A stretch of 52,871 nt of DNA from a virus (lineage: Duplodnaviria > Caudoviricetes), in the IMG/VR virus record IMGVR_UViG_3300025718_000009, positions 1 to 52,871 of that record. One strand, given 5' to 3'. The translations under genes were made by a program, and so were the position numbers. Within the stretch, counting starts at the first letter, position 1; each line of letters opens with the position of its first letter. Shown here in pieces: positions 29,133 through 39,996 of the stretch. Under the pieces are notes generated by a model. It made no database searches. It was not told the origin of the DNA and was given only the letters and a program-made list of their open reading frames with translations.

Positions 29133-29423
29133 ATGCGAGTAAAGATAGTAGACCATATAAGTAAAGACAAATCTGGAATGCTGAGCGACTTAAAGCCGGG
29201 AACATTTCTAGCTTGCGATGAGGCAACGGCAGCCATGCTCGTTGACTCCGGCAGGGCTGAGTATGATTTCTCTCACCTCGTAAATATCAATGCTCCTGCG
29301 GTCAAAGTGGAGGCTCCTGCTGCAATCGAACTGGCAAAGCCCGAAGTAGTTATCCCGGAAATCGCCGATGTCCAACCTGAAGCGGAAGTACCGCAAATTG
29401 AGGAGGTAATTATCAATGGCTAA
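29133..29423 (+). CDS. Head-associated small protein
   Basis: GGAGG RBS; AAMLVDSGRAE. Confidence 0.55.
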   Translation: MRVKIVDHISKDKSGMLSDLKPGTFLACDEATAAMLVDSGRAEYDFSHLVNINAPAVKVEAPAAIELAKPEVVIPEIADVQPEAEVPQIEEVIING

Positions 29424-29574
29424 TTTAGTCGTAGTGAAATTCAACCAACCTATGAGTCCTTATCGTGAAGGAGACTGCGCATCGTTTGATGCAAAGATGG
29501 CCGGTAAGATTGTTGATGCCGGCTTTGCTGACGAGATCGCTCTTGCAGATACAAAGATTACTAAAGAGAAGTAG
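29416..29574 (+). CDS. Head-associated small protein (52 aa)
   Basis: AGGAGG RBS; YREGD.A.FD...A.KIVDAGFA; not in ORF track. Confidence 0.6.
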   Translation: MANLVVVKFNQPMSPYREGDCASFDAKMAGKIVDAGFADEIALADTKITKEK

Positions 29575-29582
29575 GTGGGATT

Positions 29583-30176
29583 ATGTCCCTCATAACTTTT
29601 GATCAACTCAAAAAGTACCTACAAATCGAAGGGACGGACGACGACTTTTTAATTGACATCCTAGTGTCAAGCGTCCAATCGACCGTAGAAAATTATTGTC
29701 ATCGGATCTTCGATATTACAACTTACGTCGGAGAGCAGCATGCGTTGAATCACAAATTATTCCCTCGTAATTATCCGATTATCTCGGTTGAAAGACTGGC
29801 ACGCTATGACGGTGTCGTAGGGGTTTCTCCTAACACTAACGGCGACGGAATTATAAGCGGGTACCGGATTTATCCGAGTTATATCGATATGCTCGATGTG
29901 ATGTATGTAACGATGGGCCGGAAACTTAAGTATAGCTACACCGAAGAAAGTTATGCGGTGATTGATTATACGGCGGGCTTTGCTGTCACTCCTGGTGACC
30001 TTCTTCTTGCAACGCTAAAACTGGCCGCGCTCGAATGGCTTGAAGCCAGGGAAGGCCGGCTGGGGGTTGACGTTGAAAGGCAGGGTCAAGTTCAAACTAC
30101 CTTCACGAAGCGGGAATCGGAAATTCCAGTAGCGATTGCGAAGGTTCTCGATCGCTATAAAAAGGTGGGATTCTAG
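29583..30176 (+). CDS. Head-tail connector (gp6-like)
   Basis: LKKYLQIE..DDD, YTAGF, LDRYKK. Confidence 0.85.
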   Translation: MSLITFDQLKKYLQIEGTDDDFLIDILVSSVQSTVENYCHRIFDITTYVGEQHALNHKLFPRNYPIISVERLARYDGVVGVSPNTNGDGIISGYRIYPSYIDMLDVMYVTMGRKLKYSYTEESYAVIDYTAGFAVTPGDLLLATLKLAALEWLEAREGRLGVDVERQGQVQTTFTKRESEIPVAIAKVLDRYKKVGF

Positions 30177-30177
30177 C

Positions 30178-30480
30178 ATGAGAATGAGGGATTCTATTGT
30201 CGTGCTGGTTATCACAAATACGGAGATCGACGCAAAAGGAAGGACCGTGAATACCTTCGAAGTGTCCCGGACGATTAAGGGGGATTTACAATCAGTCAAA
30301 ACTCCTTATAAATTCGAGGGCTCGGGAGTGACTGACGCAAGCGACCATATTTTGTTCTGCAAGGATTTCTCGTTGACGGCCTTAGATCGTTTGTCGTTCG
30401 AAAATGTAACTTACCGAATCACGGACATTGTCCCTTATCGCGGGCACCATGTAGAGGTATCAGTGGAGCGGGTGACCTAA
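30178..30480 (+). CDS. Head closure protein
   Basis: Position; YRITDI motif. Confidence 0.65.
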   Translation: MRMRDSIVVLVITNTEIDAKGRTVNTFEVSRTIKGDLQSVKTPYKFEGSGVTDASDHILFCKDFSLTALDRLSFENVTYRITDIVPYRGHHVEVSVERVT

Positions 30481-30899
30481 TGGCTAACGATGGAATTCAA
30501 GCAGCGCTTGAGGATTGGAACCGACGCATAACAGCGAAGGCCCACGCTGTTGTTCTGGCAGCTGACAGGGGAAATATGAAGGCTGCCTTCTATTGCGAGA
30601 ATGAAGCTAAAAAGAACGCAGTGCGGGAAATCTACAGTATCCCCATTAAGAAGAGCCCGAAGACAGGGAAGGACTTATGGAAAAGGACCGCGCTTTATAA
30701 AGCGGGAATTGGCTCGGGTGTTCATCCTTCCCTGGCGCATACGGCCATGATTTATGCGAGCGTTCCTTACGCTAAATGGTTAGAGTACGGAACGAGCAAG
30801 AACCCGAAAGCTCTCTATATCCTGACCAATGCCGTGATGAAAAACAGGGCAGCAATTAACCGGCTTATAGCTCAAGCTATCGGGGGTGTAACTGGGTGA
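30480..30899 (+). CDS. HK97 gp10-like neck protein
   Basis: VPYAKWLEYGTSK. Confidence 0.8.
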   Translation: MANDGIQAALEDWNRRITAKAHAVVLAADRGNMKAAFYCENEAKKNAVREIYSIPIKKSPKTGKDLWKRTALYKAGIGSGVHPSLAHTAMIYASVPYAKWLEYGTSKNPKALYILTNAVMKNRAAINRLIAQAIGGVTG

Positions 30900-31258
30900 T
30901 AGATAATACGGCATTAGTTAAATCCACACTGGACCCAGTCGGGGTTCTTTTTTCTTGTCCAGTAATAGAGAGCTCTCCTGAATCGATTACTATTTTTCCT
31001 TGCGTTACCTTTCTAGATAGTGGTCATGACGACTCGGACTTTGCTGATGGGAAAGCCCAGGCAGACCTTGTGACAGTGATCGTCGATATCTGGGAAAAAG
31101 CGGATAAGGAAACGGGAATCAGGAAGGAAGTCCACCAATCGGTAGATGCAGCCATGCTGAAGGCTGACTGGTATAAATCCGGATTCGCTCACTTACACGA
31201 GCCATCGACGGATGTCCATCATTACGTTCAAAAATATTCTAAAGTCGAAGCACAATAA
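30896..31258 (+). CDS. Tail terminator/completion protein
   Basis: FPCVTF, VDIW; position. Confidence 0.7.
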   Translation: MIDNTALVKSTLDPVGVLFSCPVIESSPESITIFPCVTFLDSGHDDSDFADGKAQADLVTVIVDIWEKADKETGIRKEVHQSVDAAMLKADWYKSGFAHLHEPSTDVHHYVQKYSKVEAQ

Positions 31259-31270
31259 AGGAGGAAAATA

Positions 31271-32152
31271 ATGAGCAATTTCATCAATGTCGATATGTTC
31301 GGTTATGCAAAAATGCTCACTGATACTATTCTCGGGACAACTTATGGAGCCATTGTCATGGTTCCTGGCTCCGTGAAGATCAATGTGGATCCTACGACTG
31401 GTCGCGCGGCTTTTTACTCCGATGGTGTCCTTGAAGAGTACGGTCAAGCACTCGGTGAGGTTAAGATTGCGCTGGGCCTTAGTACCGTTCCACTAGCAGT
31501 CCAGGCTGACCTCTTAGGTCATACTCTCGACGGTGTGGGAGGAATGGATTCGAAGGCTGCAGACCAAGCTCCATACTTCGGTTTCTTCTACCGTCGAAAA
31601 AAGGCAAACGGAAAATTCCGTTATGTACGAATTTGGAAAGCGCTTCTGGGCGAGTCGAAGGACGATTCAGAAACTGCGGATTCTAATCCTAAATTCCAAA
31701 ACGATAACTTTGAAGGTGTGGCGCTCCCTCGCCGGTCTGATGGAAAATGGCGTAAGTTTACGGACGAAGAAGAACCTGGCTATGTGGACGTTTCCGGAAC
31801 CTGGTCAACTGCCATGGAAGGAATCGCTGATCTTGTGGCTCCAACGATTGCTAGTTCTGTACCTACTACCGGCGCGGCTGCAGTAGCTGTCGGATCTCTG
31901 TATACCTGGACCTTTAGCAAGGCCTTGAATGTAGCGACCGTTACAACCAATAACTTCCAACTGATCAATGATACGACTGGCGCCATTGTTCCTGGTACGG
32001 TTGTTTACAATGCCGGTGCTAAGACGGTAGCGTTCACTCCTACGGCTGCACTAACTGCTGCGACCAAGTACCTAGCCTCTGCTGATGCGGACGTTATGGA
32101 CCTTGCCGGCAATCATTTAGTCCCAACTTATCGAATCTTCACTACGGCTTAA
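31271..32152 (+). CDS. Major tail protein (phi13 family) with C-terminal Ig-like (Big_5) domain
   Basis: FYSDG, ADLLGH, KANGKFRYV; APTI...TFSKALN...FTPTAAL...DLAGN. Confidence 0.88.
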   Translation: MSNFINVDMFGYAKMLTDTILGTTYGAIVMVPGSVKINVDPTTGRAAFYSDGVLEEYGQALGEVKIALGLSTVPLAVQADLLGHTLDGVGGMDSKAADQAPYFGFFYRRKKANGKFRYVRIWKALLGESKDDSETADSNPKFQNDNFEGVALPRRSDGKWRKFTDEEEPGYVDVSGTWSTAMEGIADLVAPTIASSVPTTGAAAVAVGSLYTWTFSKALNVATVTTNNFQLINDTTGAIVPGTVVYNAGAKTVAFTPTAALTAATKYLASADADVMDLAGNHLVPTYRIFTTA

Positions 32153-32180
32153 AACTGAAAGAAGAGGGAGTCAAAAAACT

Positions 32181-32501
32181 ATGAATATTGTTCTCGTAAT
32201 TGGGGGAGAAAGCAAAACTTTCTCCCCTCCCTTTATAAGCGGTCGGATGCTCAAAGAAACTATTTCCATGTCAAACTCTGAACAAATCAAGGTTGTCGAC
32301 GGAACTTTAATCGACACCATGGCTGAGTATATCGTCAAAATCTATGGCCATAAATTCACAGAGGACGAACTCCTTGATGGAATCGCGTCATCTGCTCTTA
32401 TCCCAACGTTCCAGGCCACTATCGAAGGTGTTACTGGAAAGCTTAATGGAAAGCTTGAGAAGTTACAGGACCCAAACGTCAAACGGGGGAACAGGAAGTA
32501 A
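32181..32501 (+). CDS. Tail assembly chaperone G
   Basis: Between tail tube and tape measure; KFTEDELLDG. Confidence 0.8.
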   Translation: MNIVLVIGGESKTFSPPFISGRMLKETISMSNSEQIKVVDGTLIDTMAEYIVKIYGHKFTEDELLDGIASSALIPTFQATIEGVTGKLNGKLEKLQDPNVKRGNRK

Positions 32502-32668
32502 CCCCGTTTGATTTTATATGCGGCGTCTATTCGGGGTTGATGGAAAACGGTCAAAGTATGCCGTCGATAGATGAAATGGACATTATGTATTATTTCGATA
32601 TTTTAGTCTTTCGACGTGAAGAAGATGACCGTAAAACAGCCGAGAAATACGACCGGATGGGGGTGTAG
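32471..32668 (+). other. Programmed -1 frameshift site and gpGT extension
   Basis: C CCA AAC at 32471-32477, then stem AAACGGGG/CCCCGTTT; -1 frame open to TAG 32668 (...IDEMDIMYYFD...). Confidence 0.8.
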
Positions 32669-32671
32669 AAA

Positions 32672-35251
32672 TTGTCGTCTGAAGATATAGGATTAGTAGT
32701 TCCCATAACAGCTGATGCTGCCGGGTTCAATTCCGCGATCGCGGGAATTCAATCAAGCACAAAGACAAGCATGGACGGCGTAAAGACTGCGGTCATCGGT
32801 GCGTTCGCTGCGGTGGGCGCTGCCGTCGCCGGTGTTGCTATCGCTGGTGTTGCTATGTCCGATAATTTAAAGGGGTCCATGAATCAATTACAAACTGAAA
32901 CGGGCGCGTCAGATCAAGCTATGGCTGGTCTCAAAGACTCGGTTGAAGCCATTTATAATAATAACTATGGAGCTGACTTCGCGGACATCGCTGCATCTAT
33001 GGCGTCGGTAGGAAAAGCGACAGGAATTACTGGCAAGGAGTTAGAAGGACTATCACAAACGGCGCTAATGATGCGTGATTCCTTCGGCATGGAAGTCGGA
33101 GATTCGATCAAGAGCGTCGATAAAATGATGAAATCCTTCGGAGTGACTGGGACTGAAGCGTATAACTTAATTGCGCAAGGTGCTCAGAACGGACTGGACA
33201 AGAATGGTGACCTACTCGATACGCTGAACGAATACAGCGGCACTTTCGCGGCACAGGGCTTCTCTGCAACGGAAATGTTCAATATGATTTCAAACGCCAC
33301 AAAGGCTGGCGTAAAAGATACAGATTTAGCCGCAGATGCAATTAAAGAATTTGGAATTAGAAGTAAGGATGGATCCAAGACCTCCGCTGATGGGTTCGCT
33401 GCGTTAGGATTAAGCGCGACTGCAATGACGAAAGACTTTGCGACTGGCGGGGATAAATCAAAGGCTGCCTTCGAAAAAACGACAAAGGCCCTATTGGCAA
33501 TGAAGGACCCTGTCGCGCAAAATGCCGCGGGCATCGCGCTGTTCGGTACCCAGTTCGAGGATATGGGAATCAAGGGAGTCAGGGCCTTACTCAATACGAA
33601 GGGCGAAATAAACCAGACGAAGGACGCGCTCGGTAAGATTGGAGAACTCAACGGGGCTACCCTTGGTGCAACTGTCGAAGGAATAAGGAGAACTTTAGTA
33701 ACGGGGCTCCTGGTACCTATAGGTGATGAACTCATTCCTAAATTCCAAGATTTTGGAAAAGAGTTAAAAGATGAGTTGCCGGGCGCCATGGCTACGGTAA
33801 AGCCCATCGTGATGGGTATTATTGACGTATTCGCACTGCTGGTAAATAACTTGAATCTAGTCATCCCACTAATTGCGGGAGTTGTTGCTGGGTTCGCTGC
33901 TTACAAAGTAGTGGCTATAGCAACAGGGATTATGGAGGCTTACAAGAAATCACAAGAAGGACTAACCGTCGTGCAATGGGCGCTAAATGCAGCTATGGAC
34001 GCGAATCCAATCGGAGGAATTGTCCTGTTGGTTACGGCACTTGTAGCTGCCGGTGTTCTTCTCTGGATGAACTGGGATAAGGTCAAAGCCAAATGTATTG
34101 AGGTATTTGGTGCTATATCCACGAAGATCAATGAAGTCATGAGCTCCGTTTCCTTGGTAATATCAGAAACATGGACTTCTATTACAACATTCTTATCTTC
34201 GGTATGGGATGGAATAACCTCGACGGTGTCTGCTGCATGGAATGGAATCAAACAGATATTCACTAACGTTGTGGATGCTATCGTTCAATTTGTGACGACT
34301 AAATTCTCGAAGCAAATCCAAGACATAACGGTAATCTTCAATGATCTTAAAAGAATATTTATCGCCGTGTGGGAAATTTATAAGAATATTTTCCTTGGGG
34401 CAATCCTGCTGATCATTGATTTAGTAACGGGAAATTTCACCAAATTAAAATCCGATGCTATGAATATTTTTGACAACCTAAAAACCTACATCGGAGATAT
34501 TTGGGATAACTTAGTCTCTATATTTTCACATGCACTAAGTATAATCACGACTACTCTCTCCGGAGCGTGGTCCTCTATCAAGGCAACAATAATTTCCGTA
34601 TGGAATGGGATCCTCGCTTGGCTCAGACAACTACCAAGTCAACTGTCAACCATTGGATCAAATATGTTCACGTCAATGAAGAATGGCGTGACGGGTACTA
34701 TTTCCGGGGTTAAGTCAGCAATCACAAGCGGAATCAATAGCGCCATGGACTGGTTAAGCGGAATGCCTGGGAAGATGCGCGGCTATGGAATTGATATGAT
34801 TCAGGGGTTGATCGGTGGGATCAAGGCCATGATCGGTAAAATTGGCGATGCAGTGACTGGTGTAGCGGATAAGATTCGCAGTATCCTTCATTTCTCGGTA
34901 CCTGATGAAGGACCATTAACCGACTATGAATCGTGGATGCCTGACTTCATGGGCGGACTAGCACGAGGAATCGCAGACAATAAGAACAAAGTGACCGAAG
35001 CTGTGAAAGGTCTCGCAATGGATATGTCCTTAATGCCTGCACTAAAGACGAATGTTAAATTAACCGGTGGGTATGCTGGCGACGTCAAAAGCAAAAGCAA
35101 TCAAGATATCACAAAGAAGAAAGACTCCTCCGGAGGACTTTCTGTCCTGGTTGATAAATTCATAAATAACCGCGCGCAGGACGTGCAAGGGTTCGCGGAG
35201 GAATTAGAGTTCTTCAGACGTCAAACAAGCGCGGCAAGGGGTGGAGTCTGA
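32672..35251 (+). CDS. Tape measure protein
   Basis: DLLDTLNEY, ADAIKEF, ANPIG, periodic W/F repeats. Confidence 0.92.
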   Translation: MSSEDIGLVVPITADAAGFNSAIAGIQSSTKTSMDGVKTAVIGAFAAVGAAVAGVAIAGVAMSDNLKGSMNQLQTETGASDQAMAGLKDSVEAIYNNNYGADFADIAASMASVGKATGITGKELEGLSQTALMMRDSFGMEVGDSIKSVDKMMKSFGVTGTEAYNLIAQGAQNGLDKNGDLLDTLNEYSGTFAAQGFSATEMFNMISNATKAGVKDTDLAADAIKEFGIRSKDGSKTSADGFAALGLSATAMTKDFATGGDKSKAAFEKTTKALLAMKDPVAQNAAGIALFGTQFEDMGIKGVRALLNTKGEINQTKDALGKIGELNGATLGATVEGIRRTLVTGLLVPIGDELIPKFQDFGKELKDELPGAMATVKPIVMGIIDVFALLVNNLNLVIPLIAGVVAGFAAYKVVAIATGIMEAYKKSQEGLTVVQWALNAAMDANPIGGIVLLVTALVAAGVLLWMNWDKVKAKCIEVFGAISTKINEVMSSVSLVISETWTSITTFLSSVWDGITSTVSAAWNGIKQIFTNVVDAIVQFVTTKFSKQIQDITVIFNDLKRIFIAVWEIYKNIFLGAILLIIDLVTGNFTKLKSDAMNIFDNLKTYIGDIWDNLVSIFSHALSIITTTLSGAWSSIKATIISVWNGILAWLRQLPSQLSTIGSNMFTSMKNGVTGTISGVKSAITSGINSAMDWLSGMPGKMRGYGIDMIQGLIGGIKAMIGKIGDAVTGVADKIRSILHFSVPDEGPLTDYESWMPDFMGGLARGIADNKNKVTEAVKGLAMDMSLMPALKTNVKLTGGYAGDVKSKSNQDITKKKDSSGGLSVLVDKFINNRAQDVQGFAEELEFFRRQTSAARGGV

Positions 35252-35934
35252 TGGAGGTCTATTTTATTTGGAATAATATATCTAGTTTAGATATGGATAT
35301 TATAGTGAACGAACTCCCTCCAATTATCAAAGCGGCCCGCGACATCAAAAAAGTTGTTATACCAGGTCGCGATGGGTTCCTAACGGAAGACCTAAAGGCG
35401 TACAACGGGACAGTGAAGCCAGTCGAATGTACCATTAGAGACTTATCCAGAATTGATGAAATCTTGGAGTGGCTTGACGGTTCCGGACCTGTGATATTTT
35501 CAAATCAAGACGATCGAGAATATCAAGCGACGATCATCAATCAAATTCCATTCATTCGGGTGATCGAAAAGTGGAGAACCTTTGTTGTAATTTTTGATTG
35601 TCAGCCCTTCGCGTTGATGCTGAATAATCCGCTTATCACTCTTGTGGCACCTGGCAGCATTACTAATACCGGGACCCACGAGAGCAAGCCCGTTATCAAG
35701 ATTTATGGCAATGGGACAATCGATCTTACCGTCAACGGTAACGCGATCCATCTTACGAACATTGTGGGTGATGTGACGATCGACAGTCCGATGATGGACG
35801 CGTATAAAGGGACCCAGCTGATGAATCAAAATATGCTGGGCGACTTTCCGCGATTAGCTGTTGGCGCAAACGGCATTAGCTGGACAGGGACAGTAACGAA
35901 AGTAGAAATAACACCGAATTGGGTGATGCTATGA
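35251..35934 (+). CDS. Distal tail protein (Dit)
   Basis: IPGRDG, F.CQPF, N.GT.ESKP, G.N.I.WTG. Confidence 0.88.
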   Translation: MEVYFIWNNISSLDMDIIVNELPPIIKAARDIKKVVIPGRDGFLTEDLKAYNGTVKPVECTIRDLSRIDEILEWLDGSGPVIFSNQDDREYQATIINQIPFIRVIEKWRTFVVIFDCQPFALMLNNPLITLVAPGSITNTGTHESKPVIKIYGNGTIDLTVNGNAIHLTNIVGDVTIDSPMMDAYKGTQLMNQNMLGDFPRLAVGANGISWTGTVTKVEITPNWVML

Positions 35935-38900
35935 TTAAGCTATACGATTCTAAATGTATCGACTTCAACAACAACGGACTTGTGGTCTTAGCGGACTGCC
36001 TGTCTTTTTTTACGACCGAAAAGCTCAATGATTTATACGAAGTAGAATTCGAGTATCCCTTGGACGCTGGGGGCAAGTGGCAATATATCGTGGAAGGAAA
36101 CATTGTCAAAAACAGCGATGGACAATTATTCCGTATTTATCGCAAGGTGAAAACTCTTGACGGAATTAAAGCCAATGCAAGGCACATCTTTTATGATCTC
36201 TTGGATAATTTCCTTGAAGATGTAAGACCAATCGGACAAACGGGTGTAGGCGCCTTGGACTGGATACTAACCCACACCCAATACCCGCATAGCTTTATAA
36301 GTATGGGAGACGTTCTTGGTAATAACACAAAGTATTTCGTTAAGAAAGACCCAGTTGATGCAATCATGGGCGCCGATGGAATCATTGCTAACTGGGGAGG
36401 GGAACTGGTAAGAGATAACTTCACCATTAAGCTCATGCAGGCGCGAGGCCTTGATCGTGGCGTGTTGGTATCCTATGGCAAGAACATAATCGGCATTGAG
36501 GAAACAGCGAGCTTAGATGGCGTTATCACACGAATATATCCAACGGGTAAAGATGGCCTGACAATCGCTGAAAAGTACGTGGATAGTCAATACATCGGCA
36601 ACTATTCTAACCCCAAGATCAAAGAGGTATCATTTCCGGATATCGAGATTGAAGCGGATTTGAGAACAGCTGCTCAGGGTTATTTTGCATCGTCGAAGTG
36701 TGATATTCCTCTAATTAACTTCAAAGTGGATTTCCAAGAACTTAGCAAGACAGAGAAGTATAAAAACTACTCAGTACTGGAAACTGTTTATGAGGGCGAC
36801 ACAGTTACGGTGAAGCACTCACGGCTGAACATTGATCTTAAATGCAAGGTAATATCCATCAAGAAAAATGACTTAACTGGCAGAACTGAAAAGATTGAAC
36901 TAGGGAGCTTTAAACCCAATATTGCCACAGGCATTAATGAGGCTATCCGAGGTGTAAAGCAGGAAATAGTTCAGGTCACCTCAGATTATCAAAAGGCCAT
37001 AGATAACGCCACGGCGCTTATAACGGGTTCAAATGGCGGTAATGTAGTAATACGCCAAGATGGGGGTGGAAAGCCCTACGAGATACTCATAATGGATACT
37101 GTGGACGTAATGACAGCGGTTAATGTCTGGAGATGGAACCTCGGAGGTTTAGGGCACAGTTCGACTGGCATAAATGGGCCATACGACACGGCGATAACAT
37201 CTGATGGTCATATCGTTGCAAGTATGATCTCGGGTATGCTTGGTCAGTTCGTACAGGTTCGTGCTAATCAAATTATTGTAGGAGATTCCGGAGAGCAAAT
37301 ACCTGATGAATTAGTGGCAGGATCAGAGGGCTGGAATAGTGCCGAGCAAAATGCTAAGGCTTATGCCGATGCTTTAGGCCAAGCGTTGCAACTCCAAATC
37401 GATGGAAGTATTACAACATGGTTCTATGGATATGTTCCAAGTCTCGCGAATGCACCGGCAAATACATGGACCACGACCGACGACAAGAACAAGCACCTTG
37501 GGGACTTATTCTATGATACTTCCACGGGATATGCCTATCGGTTCGCCTTGATTGGAACTTATCAATGGACTGTCATAACGGATACCGATGTCACAAAAGC
37601 TTTGTCAGACGCGGCTAAAGCACAAGACACGGCTGACGGAAAGCGGCGAATATTTGATGTGGTCCCATTTTCACCGTATGACAAGGGCGATCTATATGCT
37701 CAAGGCGGCGGAGGTGATCTCCTTAAATGTATTACCCCGAAACTCGTTGGTCAAGCATACGTCTCTGGCGATTGGGATTTGGCATCCAAATACACCGACG
37801 ACACCGCTGTGAAGAACCTCCAAATTGGGGGGAGAAACTTATTCCCCTACGAAACCCATACCTTGGGGTATTTTCCAAATGATGTTGGGTTAGGTAATGC
37901 CGTCTTAATGGAGGACAGTACAGGATCGTTTATTAGGCATACTCCCGATGTCGGGAAATGCGTCTCACTTTATAGACTTATGGGGGTAGTACCCGAATCT
38001 ATGGTGGCGGGTTCTCCGTATTCGTTCTCTCTGTCGGTAAGAACAACCGGGGATACTAACCTAGCAGTTTATGTAAGAAACGGGGACAATACTGCACAAC
38101 TTTCACCCACCAGCTCTTTTGAACAACTACCCGGGGTCTGGCATAGGGTTAAGATCGAGGGATTCCTATGCGACATCGCTACCCAAAATGCCAATGAGGT
38201 ATTCAGTTATATAATCAGTGATCTGGCCACCCTAGCAGTTGACGTCAAGGATATTAATATAGAATCTGGAAATAGGTGCTCTGATTGGAAGCAATCACCT
38301 GAGCAATTAGCCTACGTTTCAGCAACTGCCCAAGCACAGGCTGATCGCGGTGTAGCCGACGCAGCCACAGCAAACGGGAAATTGACCGATATCGCCTCAG
38401 ATTCAAAGCTGACCGCAGTAGAAAAGCAGGCAGTACAAAAAGAGAGGGATATTATATATTCGGAGAATTACCCCAACGAAATACAAGCGGATAGTTTCGG
38501 AGTCCCGCGGGTGGTTTATGATACCGCATGGACCAATTTAATGGGATACCTCGCGCCTTTGATAGCAGACCTCACGACTACAAGCGATATTAATGGGGAA
38601 GTATTCCGAGGGTATTTTAAAGTTTATTACGACACCCGGACAGCATTATTGAATGCCATTGCAACCAAGGCCAAGGCGCTCGCAGATGCCGCGCAATGGA
38701 CTGTGGACCATTTGGAAATCGGAGGAACAAATCTAATACCGGACAGCAAAATAGCAACAACCTCGAGTGCTTATGGATTTGGGGCAAGACAAGTATATCT
38801 GACCGCTGGAAGGCAATACACCTATTCAGTGAGCGGCAGAATTGATGCACAGGCTCAAGCAGATGGGCATAGCATGTTATGCTCTTTACACAATGATACC

Positions 38901-39800
38901 TGGGTAGTATTTAGTAATGGATTTAATATATCTTCGCTCGGAAATATAGTCGAAAAAGTAACATTCGTTGCCACATACACTGGATGGTATTATATGGAGT
39001 TTTACCTATATGACAGCACAGGCGGGAGAACAGGGACAGTAACTTGCAACTGGTGTAAAATGGAGATAGGGAACAAGAACACAGATTGGACACCAGCACC
39101 GGAGGACAACGCGACAAAGAAGGAACTCGCGGCGGGACAGGTTGACTTCCTGATTTCACAAACCAACAAAATATCCGTCAATTCAACTTTCTACTGGGAT
39201 GCTACAGGGCTGTACTGTGTAAATGGCCAAAACGTGGTCAAACTGACATCGGGGGGAATCGGGGTTGGAACGGCAGGTGTCGGCGGGGCTTTCAGTACAG
39301 CCATCACAGGGGCGGGTATTATTGCTATAAGGGTGGAAACATCCGGGGATAATAAGATCCAGATGGAGGCCGGAGCGCTGAAGTTCTACACTGCTGGGTC
39401 TAGCCCATACCAGCAAACTTATCTTGATTATATGACAAAGCTTTATAAACAAAACTTCCTTGTGGAATCGGGGCTTATTGATTCAGATTTCAACGGGAGA
39501 AAAGGTAATCAATGTTATGGTAAAATATGGACACAAATTATTGATTTATCTGTACCTGCTTCCACTGTATTACTCCAACAACAAAATTTTTATGTAGCTA
39601 TTCCTGATCCTACAGATCCAGATTTTACAGCAGTTGCATCGGCATATCTTAATTGTATGGCATCTGAATATACAGGACAAGTTGTAAGTCTTGTATGGAG
39701 TTATGGTACTTTAATAGGTGTTAATATAAGGTTGCGATCCTATGGTGCAGTTAGTGCTATGACTGCACGAGTTATGCTTACTATCATTGGAACTCACTAA
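35931..39800 (+). CDS. Tail spike/Tal-receptor-binding protein with two carbohydrate-binding-like modules
   Basis: Prophage-tail N-terminus; repeated IGG(R/T)NL...E.GN...DW...PE modules. Confidence 0.88.
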   Translation: MIKLYDSKCIDFNNNGLVVLADCLSFFTTEKLNDLYEVEFEYPLDAGGKWQYIVEGNIVKNSDGQLFRIYRKVKTLDGIKANARHIFYDLLDNFLEDVRPIGQTGVGALDWILTHTQYPHSFISMGDVLGNNTKYFVKKDPVDAIMGADGIIANWGGELVRDNFTIKLMQARGLDRGVLVSYGKNIIGIEETASLDGVITRIYPTGKDGLTIAEKYVDSQYIGNYSNPKIKEVSFPDIEIEADLRTAAQGYFASSKCDIPLINFKVDFQELSKTEKYKNYSVLETVYEGDTVTVKHSRLNIDLKCKVISIKKNDLTGRTEKIELGSFKPNIATGINEAIRGVKQEIVQVTSDYQKAIDNATALITGSNGGNVVIRQDGGGKPYEILIMDTVDVMTAVNVWRWNLGGLGHSSTGINGPYDTAITSDGHIVASMISGMLGQFVQVRANQIIVGDSGEQIPDELVAGSEGWNSAEQNAKAYADALGQALQLQIDGSITTWFYGYVPSLANAPANTWTTTDDKNKHLGDLFYDTSTGYAYRFALIGTYQWTVITDTDVTKALSDAAKAQDTADGKRRIFDVVPFSPYDKGDLYAQGGGGDLLKCITPKLVGQAYVSGDWDLASKYTDDTAVKNLQIGGRNLFPYETHTLGYFPNDVGLGNAVLMEDSTGSFIRHTPDVGKCVSLYRLMGVVPESMVAGSPYSFSLSVRTTGDTNLAVYVRNGDNTAQLSPTSSFEQLPGVWHRVKIEGFLCDIATQNANEVFSYIISDLATLAVDVKDINIESGNRCSDWKQSPEQLAYVSATAQAQADRGVADAATANGKLTDIASDSKLTAVEKQAVQKERDIIYSENYPNEIQADSFGVPRVVYDTAWTNLMGYLAPLIADLTTTSDINGEVFRGYFKVYYDTRTALLNAIATKAKALADAAQWTVDHLEIGGTNLIPDSKIATTSSAYGFGARQVYLTAGRQYTYSVSGRIDAQAQADGHSMLCSLHNDTWVVFSNGFNISSLGNIVEKVTFVATYTGWYYMEFYLYDSTGGRTGTVTCNWCKMEIGNKNTDWTPAPEDNATKKELAAGQVDFLISQTNKISVNSTFYWDATGLYCVNGQNVVKLTSGGIGVGTAGVGGAFSTAITGAGIIAIRVETSGDNKIQMEAGALKFYTAGSSPYQQTYLDYMTKLYKQNFLVESGLIDSDFNGRKGNQCYGKIWTQIIDLSVPASTVLLQQQNFYVAIPDPTDPDFTAVASAYLNCMASEYTGQVVSLVWSYGTLIGVNIRLRSYGAVSAMTARVMLTIIGTH

Positions 39801-39921
39801 ATACCTAAAAGTCTGGCGGGCTTATTTTTTATGGCTCTTTGTGCCAAATTGGCAAGCTGTTGCGATTATCAAATCGGGGCGTTTCCTTTATGCCCAAAAA
39901 TCTCGAGGGGAGGTGATAGCC

Positions 39922-39981
39922 ATGTTGTATTGGTGGATGTTTATCTCTGGAAACGGTTGGTGGGTTCAAATCTGGGCATAG
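39922..39981 (+). CDS. 19-aa Trp-rich peptide
   Basis: MLYWWMFISGNGWWVQIWA*; RBS GGGGAGGTGA. Confidence 0.45.
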   Translation: MLYWWMFISGNGWWVQIWA

Positions 39982-39996
39982 GAGATGGGGGAGGTT

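Noticed and set aside
33184-33864. Long antisense ORFs within tape measure and other genes
   Set aside because: Shadow ORFs of well-supported plus-strand genes
35931-39800. Diversity-generating retroelement target in the tail gene
   Set aside because: No reverse transcriptase and no TR/VR pair seen
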